From positions 3,136,001 through 3,200,000 of the forward strand of contig OZ250173.1 of NCBI GenBank assembly GCA_965238075.1: a stretch of DNA of 64,000 bases, given 5' to 3'. The DNA is from Candidatus Entotheonellaceae bacterium. Lineage in GTDB: Bacteria > Tectomicrobia > Entotheonellia > Entotheonellales > Entotheonellaceae. Within the stretch, counting starts at the first letter, position 1. Every line of letters begins with the position of its first letter. This document shows positions 31,108 to 40,363 of the stretch, one piece after another. Position numbers and translations under genes: made by a program. The notes beneath the pieces were generated by a model. The model ran no database searches and was not told the origin of the DNA. It was given only the letters and a program-made list of their open reading frames with translations.

Positions 31108-31734
31108 ATGAGGCATCTTGCCTGGACCTTCCTGTTTCTGCTGTTGAGTTGTGCTTGGGGGCAAGAACTGCCGCAGCCGCAAATCGGGCAAGTGCAGGAG
31201 AAGCTCCGGGCATTGGGGTTCGAGGTGGGCGATGCGGAAGACGTCCTTGATCCGCGCACCATCAAGGCGCTGGAAGCCTTTCAGCGAACCCGCCGACTGG
31301 CCGTCACCGGCGAACTCGATACGGCGACCTTGCGCGCCCTCGGGCTCGCCGCCGGACTTCCGCAAGCCGAGGTCGAGAGGCAACCTTCGCTCCTGCCCGC
31401 CTCATCTCCCTGGCGGCCGGTGCTGGAATACTTGCGCTTCTACGACTCGCAGCCGGCCCGTGTGGCGCTACACGTCACGTCACGTTTCCGCAGTGACATG
31501 CCTCCCGCGGACTGGGTCAATCACCTGATAACCAATCCAGACACCCGCCGTCCCCGACTCGCTTGGCAAATCGACAAGGTCGAGACAGGTAACGCCACTG
31601 CCACCGTGTACGTCCGCTCACAAATCCGGGTTGACGGGATTCAACAACCGCAACTGGAAACGTTCTCTCTCGTTCGCTCCCCCGATGCGCGGTGGCTCAT
31701 CGACGCTTGGCACAGCTACGATATCAGCGATTGA
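31108..31734 (+). CDS. Exported peptidoglycan-binding domain protein
   Basis: Signal peptide, VQEKLRALGF...ALEAFQRTRRLAVTGELDTATLRALG (PG_binding_1-like), NTF2-like C-terminus ending WLID. Confidence 0.8.
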   Translation: MRHLAWTFLFLLLSCAWGQELPQPQIGQVQEKLRALGFEVGDAEDVLDPRTIKALEAFQRTRRLAVTGELDTATLRALGLAAGLPQAEVERQPSLLPASSPWRPVLEYLRFYDSQPARVALHVTSRFRSDMPPADWVNHLITNPDTRRPRLAWQIDKVETGNATATVYVRSQIRVDGIQQPQLETFSLVRSPDARWLIDAWHSYDISD

Positions 31735-31749
31735 GCACCGGCTGTCCAC

Positions 31750-32466
31750 TTAATTGCTGCCGGGTCCGAGCCCCATTCGAGCCTTCAACTCCCGCAATTT
31801 ATCCTGGGCTGCCGCCGGTTGCGTGCCCGCCAAAGCGCGGTCGATTTCGGCGTCAGCCGACACTTCGACCTGTCCGACCTCCCCATACGCCAGCGCCAGC
31901 GCTTCGTCCTCTTCCACCTTTTCCTTCATGCGCTCGAGCATGGCAATCGTACCGGAGGAATCCACATTCGCCAGTTGCTGATTGATCTTCTTGGTTGAGG
32001 CGGCCGTCTTGGCGCGCGCCCTCAGCGTTACCAATTCATTGTCGTACGTGGTAATGGTCGACTTGAGTTGCTGCACCTTTCCTTGCAACTGGATGACCAT
32101 GTTGTTTTGATGTTCGGCGTCCTTGGACAACGCCGCGGCGCGTTCACTGGCCGTCTCCCGTTGCGTCAGGGCTTGCGTTGCCAAGCGTTCCGCCTCAGCC
32201 GCGTCGAGTTGACCGTCGTTCCCCCGTTGCAAAAGCAGCATGGCCTTGCGTTCGTACTCTCCGGACTGTCGTTTGGCGTCCTCCGACTCCTTGCCCAAGC
32301 GAATCGCAATTCCTTTGACCTCTGCCAGCCCTTGCATGGCGCCTTGTAGATCAGTCTTAAGGTCACGGATGCCCTGCTCGGTCAGCTTGATCGGGTCTTC
32401 GAGCTTGTCAACGATGTTATGGGCCTGCGCCTGCCCTACCTTGAATAGCCTGGCGAAAATACTCAT
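31750..32466 (-). CDS. PspA/IM30 family protein
   Basis: MSIFARLF, LEDP, coiled coil, LRARAK, ERMKEKV, LRELKARMG. Confidence 0.93.
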   Translation of the reverse strand: MSIFARLFKVGQAQAHNIVDKLEDPIKLTEQGIRDLKTDLQGAMQGLAEVKGIAIRLGKESEDAKRQSGEYERKAMLLLQRGNDGQLDAAEAERLATQALTQRETASERAAALSKDAEHQNNMVIQLQGKVQQLKSTITTYDNELVTLRARAKTAASTKKINQQLANVDSSGTIAMLERMKEKVEEDEALALAYGEVGQVEVSADAEIDRALAGTQPAAAQDKLRELKARMGLGPGSN

Positions 32467-32489
32467 GACGTGATCTCCCCGTGTTGACG

Positions 32490-32882
32490 CTACTGATGGC
32501 TGAACCCAATCAGTTCCGCGGCGTTTTCAGCCAAGGCCAGACTCAGGGCCTCAACCGTGCCTTCCACCTCATTCAGGTCGAGATTGGCAAGCTGCAACGT
32601 ATCCCGAAACAGCACCCGCCTGCCCTCTTCGTCCAGGACAAACGCCCCATGGACCAGGGTGCGATTCATCTGCAGCAAGCGCTTGAACATGTCGCCAGGA
32701 TGCCCCGGAACTTCCATGATCAGCTGCTCAAAAATCAGCACCGGGTCCTCGCAATCGATTACCAGGTTCTTGATCCCGCGTTCTTCGTCATCGACCACGA
32801 GAATGCCCTCCGGTGGATCCTCGTTCACGATGGAAAGCTGAAGCTCCTGCACGAACGCTCTAACGTCGTCAAAATCAGCCAT
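32490..32882 (-). CDS. YbjN/CesT-like chaperone-fold protein
   Basis: GIKNLVIDCEDP, LLQMNRTLVHGAFVLD, FRDTLQLANLDLNE; upstream of pspA-like gene. Confidence 0.8.
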   Translation of the reverse strand: MADFDDVRAFVQELQLSIVNEDPPEGILVVDDEERGIKNLVIDCEDPVLIFEQLIMEVPGHPGDMFKRLLQMNRTLVHGAFVLDEEGRRVLFRDTLQLANLDLNEVEGTVEALSLALAENAAELIGFSHQ

Positions 32883-32984
32883 CAAAAATCCCCTCTCAAC
32901 CTACGGTTGTCGCCAACCTGCTTCTACGCAAATCGAAAGTGCAATTGTAACAAAAGGTACCGCCACAGACGGCTTTGGCTGGGG

Positions 32985-35855
32985 TTATTCAGACGCGACG
33001 GCCTCCCACAGCACCTCAACCAGATGGCGTGCCGTTCGACCGGTCGCATGATGGATTTGCTGCCGGCACGAAATGCCGTCCGCCACGATCTCCACGTCAG
33101 GCTCGGCGCCCTCTACCGCCGGGAACAGGCGCTGCCTGCCGATGTCCATCGACAGGTCGTAATGCTCCGCCTCGTAGCCGAACGAGCCGGCCATGCCGCA
33201 GCAGCCCGAGGCAATTTCTTCCACCTCGTAGCCCGACGGCAGCCGCAACAGGGCCAGCGTCGGCGCCGTGCCGACCAGCGCTTTCTGATGACAATGGCCA
33301 TGCAACAACAGACGCTTGGGGGCATCGGTGAACGTGAGGTCCAGTTCATCGCGTTGCTGAAGCTGATGGAGAAACTCGTCGATGCTGATGGCGTGATCCG
33401 CCACCAGTTGGGCATCAGGTCCGGGTACCAGATCCAGGTAGTCGTCCCGCAGCGTCAGGATGCAACTGGGCTCGACACCGATGATCGGCATGCCTTGCCG
33501 CGCATAGGGCGCCAGCAGGGCGATGTTGTAGCGGGCATATTCGCGGGCCTGCTCCAGGCGGCCCTTGGAAATCGCCGGACGGCCGCAGCATTTGCGCGCG
33601 ACCAGCAAGACCTCGTAACCGGCGGCCTGCAGCAGATTTGTGGCGGCTTGGCCAACCTCGGGCTGATTGTATTCCATAAACGTATCGTGAAACAGCACGA
33701 CTGTGCCCCGCTTGCCATTGCGGATCTGGGGCTGCTGGGCGTGGAACCAACTGCTGAACGTCTCGGACGCGAATGCCGGCAGCGTCCTCTGCGCAGCCAA
33801 CCCGAGACGCCCTTGCAGCCATTTGGCCAACGGCTGCCGGGCCAGCCGGTTCGAGACCGGCGCCAAGAGATGCCCGAGCCGGTTTACCGTCGCGATGTTG
33901 GCGAAAATTCTTGACCGCAGCGGCATGCCGTGGCGAGCGTAGTAGTGGCTCAGCATCTCATACTTCAACTTGGCCATATCCACGTTCGAGGGGCATTCCG
34001 TCTTGCATGCCTTGCATTCGAGGCACAGGTCGAGCGTGTCGTACATGGCCTTGCTGGTGAATGCCTCTTGCGGCACGCGGCCGGAGAGCACTGCCCGCAG
34101 GGCATTGGCGCGCCCGCGGGTTGAGTGCATCTCGTCGCGTGTGGCCATATACGACGGGCACATCGTTCCCTCGCTGAGTTTGCGACAGGCACCGTTGCCG
34201 TTGCACATGTCGATGGCGGTGGCAAACCCGCCGTCACGGGTGAAGTCGAGGTTGGTTTTGAATTCAATGGCGCGGTACGCCGGCCCGTGGCGCAGGTTTT
34301 CCGTCGGCGCCGGTCCGTCCACCACCTTGCCGGGATTCATGCGGTTGTCCGGGTCAAAGGCGCGTTTTACGTCTTTGAACGCTTTGTAGAGTGTCGGGCC
34401 GAAATGCTTCTCGTTGAGCCAACTGCGGGCCAGGCCGTCGCCATGCTCGCCGCTCATGCAGCCGCCGAATTCGATGACGAGGTCGCTGATCTCACGCATC
34501 ATGTCAACCATCTTGTCGACACCGTCCTGGTTCTTGAGATCGATGCCGGGCCGAATGTGCAGGCAACCGACGCTGGAATGGCCGTAATAGCCGGCGGTGG
34601 TGTCGTGGTCGGCGATGACCTGGCGGAAGCGCCGCAGGAATTCCGGCAGCTTGGCCGGGTCGACCGCGGTGTCCTCGACGAACGCGACGGGCTTGCGCGC
34701 CTCGCGGGTACCCATCAGAATCCCCAGGCCCGCCTTGCGCATTTTCCAGACGTCGGCCTGCGCCGGCGCCGTCAATGCGGGTGAATAGGCGTAGCCCCAC
34801 TTCTGCCGCCGCAGACTTGCTTCCAGTTGTTCAACCTTGTCGGCGACCTCCTGCGGCGAGTCGCCATAAAACTCTGCGATGACCAGGGCATCCGGTTCTC
34901 CCTGCAGGAAAGGCAGCCGTCCGGCGAATTCCTTGGCGGCGCGGGCGCCCTCCACGATCTTCCGGTCGACCATTTCGATGGCCGACGGCTCGTAGGGCAG
35001 AATCGCTTCGGTGGCTTCTACCGCCGCAATCAGGTCGTCGAAATGGGTGACCAATACGGCCGTGGCCTGCGGCCGAGGCATGATGCGCACCTTGGCGGCC
35101 GTGATCACGGCCAGCGTGCCCTCCGAGCCGACGACCATCTTGGCGAGATTCGTTGGCGCGTCGGTGATGAACTCGTCCAGGTTGTAGCCGCTTACCCGGC
35201 GCAGCAGCTTCGGATAGCGTTCCAAAACGGCGTCCCGGTTGTCCTGGGCGATGCGTAACACGTCTCGATAGATACCGGCTTCCAGCGTGTCCTCACGGAT
35301 GATCTGCTCAACGACCGCTTTCTCGACGGGTTTGAACAGCGCCGTGCTGGCATCGGAGAGCACCACCTTGAGTTCGAGGACGTGGTCGATTGTCTTGCCG
35401 TAGAGAATGGAACGCGCGCCGGCCGAGTTGTTGCCGATCATCCCGCCTATGGTGGCGCGGCTGCTGGTCGAGGTATCGGGCCCGAATAAAAACCCATGTG
35501 GCCGCAGGTAGGCATTGAGCTGATCCTGCACCACACCCGGTTGCACCCACGCCCACTGCTCCTCGGTGTTCAGCTCCAGCACTTGGTGCATGTAATTGGA
35601 CATGTCGAGAATGACCGCCCGGCCCACGCTCTGCCCAGCCAGCGCCGTGCCGCCGCCGCGCGGCAACACCGGAACGCCATGCTGCAGGGCCACTCGCACC
35701 GTCGCCTCGACGTCATCGGCGTGGCGGGGTATCACCACGCCCAACGGCTCGATCTGGTAAATGCTGGCGTCGGTGCTGTACAGCAGGCGGGTGAACGTGT
35801 CGAAACGCACCTGCCCGTCGATGTGTTTCTCCAAGTCCCGGCGTAATTCGTCCAT
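32985..35855 (-). CDS. FAD-linked oxidase with Fe-S / CCG domains (YdiJ, GlcD-GlcF fusion-like)
   Basis: YSTDASIY, PRGGGT, GSEGTL, GEHGDG, CNGNGAC, CLECKACKTEC, HGHCH, CCGMAG; ATG start at 35855. Confidence 0.92.
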   Translation of the reverse strand: MDELRRDLEKHIDGQVRFDTFTRLLYSTDASIYQIEPLGVVIPRHADDVEATVRVALQHGVPVLPRGGGTALAGQSVGRAVILDMSNYMHQVLELNTEEQWAWVQPGVVQDQLNAYLRPHGFLFGPDTSTSSRATIGGMIGNNSAGARSILYGKTIDHVLELKVVLSDASTALFKPVEKAVVEQIIREDTLEAGIYRDVLRIAQDNRDAVLERYPKLLRRVSGYNLDEFITDAPTNLAKMVVGSEGTLAVITAAKVRIMPRPQATAVLVTHFDDLIAAVEATEAILPYEPSAIEMVDRKIVEGARAAKEFAGRLPFLQGEPDALVIAEFYGDSPQEVADKVEQLEASLRRQKWGYAYSPALTAPAQADVWKMRKAGLGILMGTREARKPVAFVEDTAVDPAKLPEFLRRFRQVIADHDTTAGYYGHSSVGCLHIRPGIDLKNQDGVDKMVDMMREISDLVIEFGGCMSGEHGDGLARSWLNEKHFGPTLYKAFKDVKRAFDPDNRMNPGKVVDGPAPTENLRHGPAYRAIEFKTNLDFTRDGGFATAIDMCNGNGACRKLSEGTMCPSYMATRDEMHSTRGRANALRAVLSGRVPQEAFTSKAMYDTLDLCLECKACKTECPSNVDMAKLKYEMLSHYYARHGMPLRSRIFANIATVNRLGHLLAPVSNRLARQPLAKWLQGRLGLAAQRTLPAFASETFSSWFHAQQPQIRNGKRGTVVLFHDTFMEYNQPEVGQAATNLLQAAGYEVLLVARKCCGRPAISKGRLEQAREYARYNIALLAPYARQGMPIIGVEPSCILTLRDDYLDLVPGPDAQLVADHAISIDEFLHQLQQRDELDLTFTDAPKRLLLHGHCHQKALVGTAPTLALLRLPSGYEVEEIASGCCGMAGSFGYEAEHYDLSMDIGRQRLFPAVEGAEPDVEIVADGISCRQQIHHATGRTARHLVEVLWEAVASE

Positions 35856-35994
35856 ATCCCTCTGTCCTCGCGATAAAATGCGTTGTCGATCAGCGCGTCC
35901 TGGGCGGTTGCAAGTACAATAGGCATGCCGTAGGATTTTCGTCGCCTTTGAGCGTAGAACCTGAACCATAGCATATTGTTGAGGGAGAAAAAAA

Positions 35995-36159
35995 ATGACA
36001 TCGTGCCCGGAATGTGAAGCGGATGTCCCAGTGGACAACAATCTTGAGACAGGCGAAATCATCCTGTGCGAGGAGTGCGGCGCCGAGCTGGAAGTGATCA
36101 GCGAAGACCCGCTGAAACTTGCCCTGGCGCCCGACGAAGAAGAAGACTGGGGAGAATAG
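35995..36159 (+). CDS. lysW: Amino-group carrier protein LysW (54 aa, not in ORF track)
   Basis: Hand translation MTSCPECEADVPVDNNLETGEIILCEECGAELEVISEDPLKLALAPDEEEDWGE; two CxxC and terminal EDWGE signature. Confidence 0.98.
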   Translation: MTSCPECEADVPVDNNLETGEIILCEECGAELEVISEDPLKLALAPDEEEDWGE

Positions 36160-36168
36160 GACGCACAC

Positions 36169-37014
36169 ATGCTTGTTGGGATACTGTGTTCTCGCATCCG
36201 GGTTGAGGAAAAGCTCTTGTTTGAGGCGCTCAAAGCCCATGGCACGGCCTACGAAAAACTCGATGATCGGACCTTGATTTTCGACCTGCACGATCCCGCC
36301 CCATTCCGCAAATACGACCTCATCCTCGAACGTGCCATCAACCACTCGCGCGCCTACTACGCCCTCCACATGCTCAACGACTGGGGCATCAAGACCATCA
36401 ACACCGCCCACACCGCCCGCGTCTGCGGCGACAAGCTCCTCACCACGCAGGCACTACGGCAGTACAACCTGCCGGTGCCCCGCAACTTGGTCGCCTTTAC
36501 CCCGGAATCGGCTCTGGAGGCCATCGAACAACTTGGCTATCCCGTCGTTCTCAAGCCCTGCGTCGGTTCGTGGGGTCGCTTGGTGGCGAAGATCAACGAC
36601 CGGCAGGCGGCGGAGGCGATACTTGAGCACAAGCAGATTCTGGGGTCGTATCACCATTCGATCTACTACATACAGGAATATGTCGACAAGCCGGGCTACG
36701 ACATTCGCTCTTTTGTCGTCGGCGACGAAACGATCTGCGCCATCTACCGTACCTCCGACCACTGGATCACCAACACGGCTCTGGGCGGCAAGGCGTCGAA
36801 CTGCCCCGTCACGCCGGAGATTGATGCGCTGTCGCGCGCTGCGGCGAAGGCCGTCGGCGGCGGCATGCTGGCGGTCGACCTGCTGGAAACACCAGACGGC
36901 CTGTGGGTGAACGAGGTCAACTACACCATGGAGTTTCGCAACAGCATCGACACGACCGGCGTCGACATCCCGCGCAAGATGGTCGAGTACATTCGCCAAG
37001 AGGCTTCGGCATGA
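36169..37014 (+). CDS. lysX: Alpha-aminoadipate--LysW ligase LysX (ATP-grasp)
   Basis: [45 protein letters not shown]; follows lysW. Confidence 0.95.
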   Translation: MLVGILCSRIRVEEKLLFEALKAHGTAYEKLDDRTLIFDLHDPAPFRKYDLILERAINHSRAYYALHMLNDWGIKTINTAHTARVCGDKLLTTQALRQYNLPVPRNLVAFTPESALEAIEQLGYPVVLKPCVGSWGRLVAKINDRQAAEAILEHKQILGSYHHSIYYIQEYVDKPGYDIRSFVVGDETICAIYRTSDHWITNTALGGKASNCPVTPEIDALSRAAAKAVGGGMLAVDLLETPDGLWVNEVNYTMEFRNSIDTTGVDIPRKMVEYIRQEASA

Positions 37015-38060
37015 GCCGCCTTAGGGTTGCCGTGGCGGGAGGCTCGGGCTACATCGGCGGCGAGTTGGTGCGGCTGCTCCTACAGCATCCGGCGGTGGAG
37101 CTGACGCAGGTCACCTCGGAAAGCCAGCGGGGTAAATTCCTGCACCAGGTACATCCCAACCTGCGCCAGCAGACACGCCTTAAATTCATACGCATGGACG
37201 AGTTGCAGGGTTGCGACATTCTCTTCTTCGCCCTCCCCCACGGCATGACCCAAAGCCGTCTGGAAACCCTGCAAGCGCTGAGCGACCGAATTATCGATCT
37301 GAGCAGCGACTTCCGGTTGCGCGACCCGCTGCTGTACAAGACCTGGTATGGGCACGATCATGCCTGTCCGGAACGATTGTCGTCATTCGTCTACGGCATT
37401 CCCGAACTGCACCGCGACGCCATCGCCGCCGCGACCCACGTCAGCGGCGCGGGCTGTCTGGCCACCGCCACCCTGCTCGGCCTTTATCCCCTTGCCCGTG
37501 CCGGCCTGCTGGCCCCGGAGGCGCCGATTGTCGTCGAAGCCAAGGTCGGCTCCTCGGCTTCCGGCAACAAGCCCAGCCTCGCCTCGCATCACCCGGAACG
37601 GCACGGCGCCGTGCGTTCCTTCAAGCCCACGGGTCACCGCCACACCGCCGAAATCATCCAGGAGTTGAGCGGCAGCACACCGCTGTCGGTTCACTTTTCG
37701 GCAACCGCCATTGAGATGGTGCGCGGCGTACTGACCACCTCACACGTTTTCCTGGACCCGCCGCTGCGCGAGAATGATATCCGCAGCCTGTATCGCGAGG
37801 CCTACAAGGACGAGCCGTTCATACGCCTCGTGAAGGAAAAACAGGGGGCGTACCGCTACCCGGAGCCGAAAATCCTCAGTGGTTCCAATTTCTGCGACGT
37901 CGGCTTTGAGAGTGACCCGCACAGTGGCCGCGTGGTCGTCATCTCCGCCCTGGACAATCTCGTCAAGGGCGGCGCCGGCAACGGCGTTCAGGCGATGAAC
38001 TGCATGCTGAGTCTTGAGGAAACCACCGGGCTGACCTTTCCCGGGCTGCATCCGGTATGA
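37011..38060 (+). CDS. lysY: LysW-aminoadipyl-phosphate reductase (ArgC family)
   Basis: [48 protein letters not shown]. Confidence 0.93.
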   Translation: MSRLRVAVAGGSGYIGGELVRLLLQHPAVELTQVTSESQRGKFLHQVHPNLRQQTRLKFIRMDELQGCDILFFALPHGMTQSRLETLQALSDRIIDLSSDFRLRDPLLYKTWYGHDHACPERLSSFVYGIPELHRDAIAAATHVSGAGCLATATLLGLYPLARAGLLAPEAPIVVEAKVGSSASGNKPSLASHHPERHGAVRSFKPTGHRHTAEIIQELSGSTPLSVHFSATAIEMVRGVLTTSHVFLDPPLRENDIRSLYREAYKDEPFIRLVKEKQGAYRYPEPKILSGSNFCDVGFESDPHSGRVVVISALDNLVKGGAGNGVQAMNCMLSLEETTGLTFPGLHPV

Positions 38061-38166
38061 GGGGTGGCGGAGCGGACCGATTGGTTTTTTTACGGCAGCA
38101 ACGAGATGGGTTTCCGATGTTGCTTTGCATCCAAGCGCACAGATGCCAAGAGAGGAGCTTTCTGCG

Positions 38167-38358
38167 ATGCAAACCGTAAAGTTCGTCTATTGGGAAGAGG
38201 ACGGAGCGTGGATTGGCTATCTCCAGGATTACCCCGATTATTGGACCCAAGGTGAGATGCTGGATGATCTCCGGGAACACCTGCGGGACATTTATAACGA
38301 CGTGACCAACGGGGAGTTGACTGGCATCTGTAAGTTCGATGAACTAGTCGTGCCATGA
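38167..38358 (+). CDS. HicB-like antitoxin (short)
   Basis: VYWEEDGAWIGYLQDYPDYWTQGE..DDLREHLRDIY; GAGGAG RBS. Confidence 0.8.
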   Translation: MQTVKFVYWEEDGAWIGYLQDYPDYWTQGEMLDDLREHLRDIYNDVTNGELTGICKFDELVVP

Positions 38359-38456
38359 AACGAGTCGATCCGCTTCGGCCAACGCGGGAATCGCTCGGTT
38401 GCCAGGTGGTAGATGATATTATTCGCCCTGCTAGGGAAAGGAGTAGATGGGAGTGA
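38355..38456 (+). pseudogene. Probable HicA toxin remnant
   Basis: ATGA overlap with hicB stop; MKRVD....ESLGC resembles a HicA N-terminus, then diverges with no conserved His; only 33 aa. Confidence 0.45.
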
Positions 38457-38749
38457 AACGGCCAAACGAGTGCAGGGACATGCAGGACATTCGCACGGAG
38501 ATTGACAGAATCGATAGAGAGGTCATCGCGCTGATTGGCCAGCGCTTTCAATATGTGCAGGCTGCGGCACCGTTCAAAACGAGCGAAGCGACCGTAAGGG
38601 CTCCAGGACGTTTCCAGGCGATGCTACAGCGACGCAGACGCTGGGCGGAAGAAGAAGGTCGCGCTCCAGATGCCATTGAAAAAATGTACAGTGACCTTGT
38701 GAACTACTTTGTTGAGGAAGAATTGAGGACGTGGAAGAAAGAGGCCTGA
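38447..38749 (+). CDS. Chorismate mutase / isochorismate-pyruvate lyase (PchB-like)
   Basis: PNEC..MQDIRTEIDRID, YVQAAAPFK, RFQAML..RRRWA. Confidence 0.85.
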   Translation: MGVKRPNECRDMQDIRTEIDRIDREVIALIGQRFQYVQAAAPFKTSEATVRAPGRFQAMLQRRRRWAEEEGRAPDAIEKMYSDLVNYFVEEELRTWKKEA

Positions 38750-38821
38750 GGGGAGTATCCCTAACACAACGCAGCGTTGGGGTTGACCACGAGCGGCTGT
38801 CCTCATCTTGCGTTGTACTAA

Positions 38822-38836
38822 ATCTCATTTTGCGAT
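38822..38836. promoter_or_regulatory. Putative HigA operator
   Basis: ATCTCA-TTT-TGCGAT imperfect palindrome 12 nt upstream of higB start. Confidence 0.5.
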
Positions 38837-38848
38837 ACTGTCCATTCC

Positions 38849-39136
38849 ATGCACGTTATCTCTCGCAAAGCGCTACGTGAATTTTGGCAACAGCACTCCG
38901 ACAGCGAAAGCGCCCTTTCTCGCTGGTTTAAAATCATGCAACGCAGTGACTTCAACAGTTTTGATGCCTTGCGTATGACCTTCCCATCCGCCGACAAGGT
39001 GGGAGACTTGATCGTATTCAACATTGGAGGCAACAAATATCGCCTCATCTCGTCCGTCCATTTCAATCGCGGCAAGGTGTACATTCGTCACTTGCTCACC
39101 CACCGTGACTACGAACGAGAAACGTGGAAACGATGA
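38849..39136 (+). CDS. higB: HigB family toxin
   Basis: MHVISRKAL, FPSADKV, VFNIGGNKYRLI, THRDY. Confidence 0.95.
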   Translation: MHVISRKALREFWQQHSDSESALSRWFKIMQRSDFNSFDALRMTFPSADKVGDLIVFNIGGNKYRLISSVHFNRGKVYIRHLLTHRDYERETWKR

Positions 39137-39531
39137 CCGCTATCACACAAGACATTCATAACCACTGGCCCGCGATTAGCCCGCTCTTGGCCGTTCGTAA
39201 TGAGCAAGAATACGACTTGGCCGTCGAACGGCTCAACGGCCTGCTTGATGAAATCGGCACCAACGAGCAGCACCCCCTTTACGCGCTGTTGGATATCCTG
39301 GGCACTGTGCTCCATGCCTATGAGGAAAAATACCATCCCATGCCGGAGTGTAGTGGGGCGACCATGCTTAGCTTCCTTATGGACGAACACGGCCTGACCC
39401 AATCAGACCTGCCAGAGGTCGGTTCGCAAGGGGTCGTCTCGGAAATCCTGCATGGTAAGCGCGAACTGAATGTCAGGCAGATTCGAGCCTTGGCAAAACG
39501 GTTTAACGTATCGCCAGCGGTGTTCATTTAG
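39133..39531 (+). CDS. higA: HigA family antitoxin (HTH)
   Basis: EQEYDLA, YEEKY, LMDEHGLTQSDLPEVGSQGVVSEILHGKRELNVRQIRALAKRF. Confidence 0.93.
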   Translation: MTAITQDIHNHWPAISPLLAVRNEQEYDLAVERLNGLLDEIGTNEQHPLYALLDILGTVLHAYEEKYHPMPECSGATMLSFLMDEHGLTQSDLPEVGSQGVVSEILHGKRELNVRQIRALAKRFNVSPAVFI

Positions 39532-39554
39532 GTTCCCTTCCTTAAGGAAACGTC

Positions 39555-40358
39555 ATGCTCGTTGTAAAAGTCGGCGGCGGCGAGGGCATTCCCATCGATG
39601 CCGTTTGCCAGGACGTGCGGGATCTCACGCAACAGGGTGAGCGGCTGATTCTCGTGCATGGTGCCAGCCATGAGACGAACGTGCTCTCCGCGGCTCTGGG
39701 CAAACCGCCGCGTTTCGTCACCTCGATTTCGGGCATGCAGAGCCGCTACACCGACCGCGAGACGCTGATGCTGTTTTGCATGGCCTACGTTGGCAAGCTG
39801 AACAAGCTGTTCGTCGAGCGCCTGCAGCAGCTTGGGGTCAACGCCGTCGGACTGTGCGGGGCCGATGGCCGCAGCATGGAAGGCACGCGCAAGGCGGCCA
39901 TCAAGGTCGTCGAAGACGGCAAACGCCGGGTGCTGCGCGACGACTTCACGGGGCGCGTCGAGCGGGTCAACATCGGCCTGCTCACCCTGCTTCTGGACAA
40001 CGGCTACACGCCGGTGCTGTGCCCGCCTGCGTTGAGTTACGAAAGCGAGATCATCAACGTCGACGGCGACCGCGCTGCCGCCGTTCTGGCGGTTGCCTGC
40101 AAGGCTGAAACCCTGGTCCTGTTGTCCAACGTGCCGGGCCTGCTGCGCGACCTCGACGCCGCCGATTCACTTGTCCGGTGCGTTGAACGAGACCAGCTTG
40201 AGGCTGCCATGGATATCGCCCAGGGACGCATGAAAAAGAAGATCATGGGCGCGAGAGAGGCGCTGGAAGGCGGGGTCGGCACGGTCATTCTGGGCGACGC
40301 CCGATTGGATCAACCCATCCGGCGGGCGCTGCAGGAGTGCGGCACGGTATTGCGTTGA
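39555..40358 (+). CDS. lysZ: LysW-aminoadipate kinase
   Basis: VVKVGG, VHGAS, SRYTD, NVDGDRAA, LSNVPGL, GRMKKK. Confidence 0.95.
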   Translation: MLVVKVGGGEGIPIDAVCQDVRDLTQQGERLILVHGASHETNVLSAALGKPPRFVTSISGMQSRYTDRETLMLFCMAYVGKLNKLFVERLQQLGVNAVGLCGADGRSMEGTRKAAIKVVEDGKRRVLRDDFTGRVERVNIGLLTLLLDNGYTPVLCPPALSYESEIINVDGDRAAAVLAVACKAETLVLLSNVPGLLRDLDAADSLVRCVERDQLEAAMDIAQGRMKKKIMGAREALEGGVGTVILGDARLDQPIRRALQECGTVLR

Positions 40359-40363
40359 GGGGA

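Noticed and set aside
36169-37014. ATP-grasp ligase as F420 alpha-glutamate ligase CofF or a RiPP (graspetide) enzyme with LysW as precursor
   Set aside because: The EDWGE carrier and lysY/Z/J context identify it as LysX.
38759-38816. Integron attC site between pchB-like and higB
   Set aside because: CCCTAAC and GTTGGGG are only about 10 nt apart, far too short; no L boxes, no second copy and no integrase.
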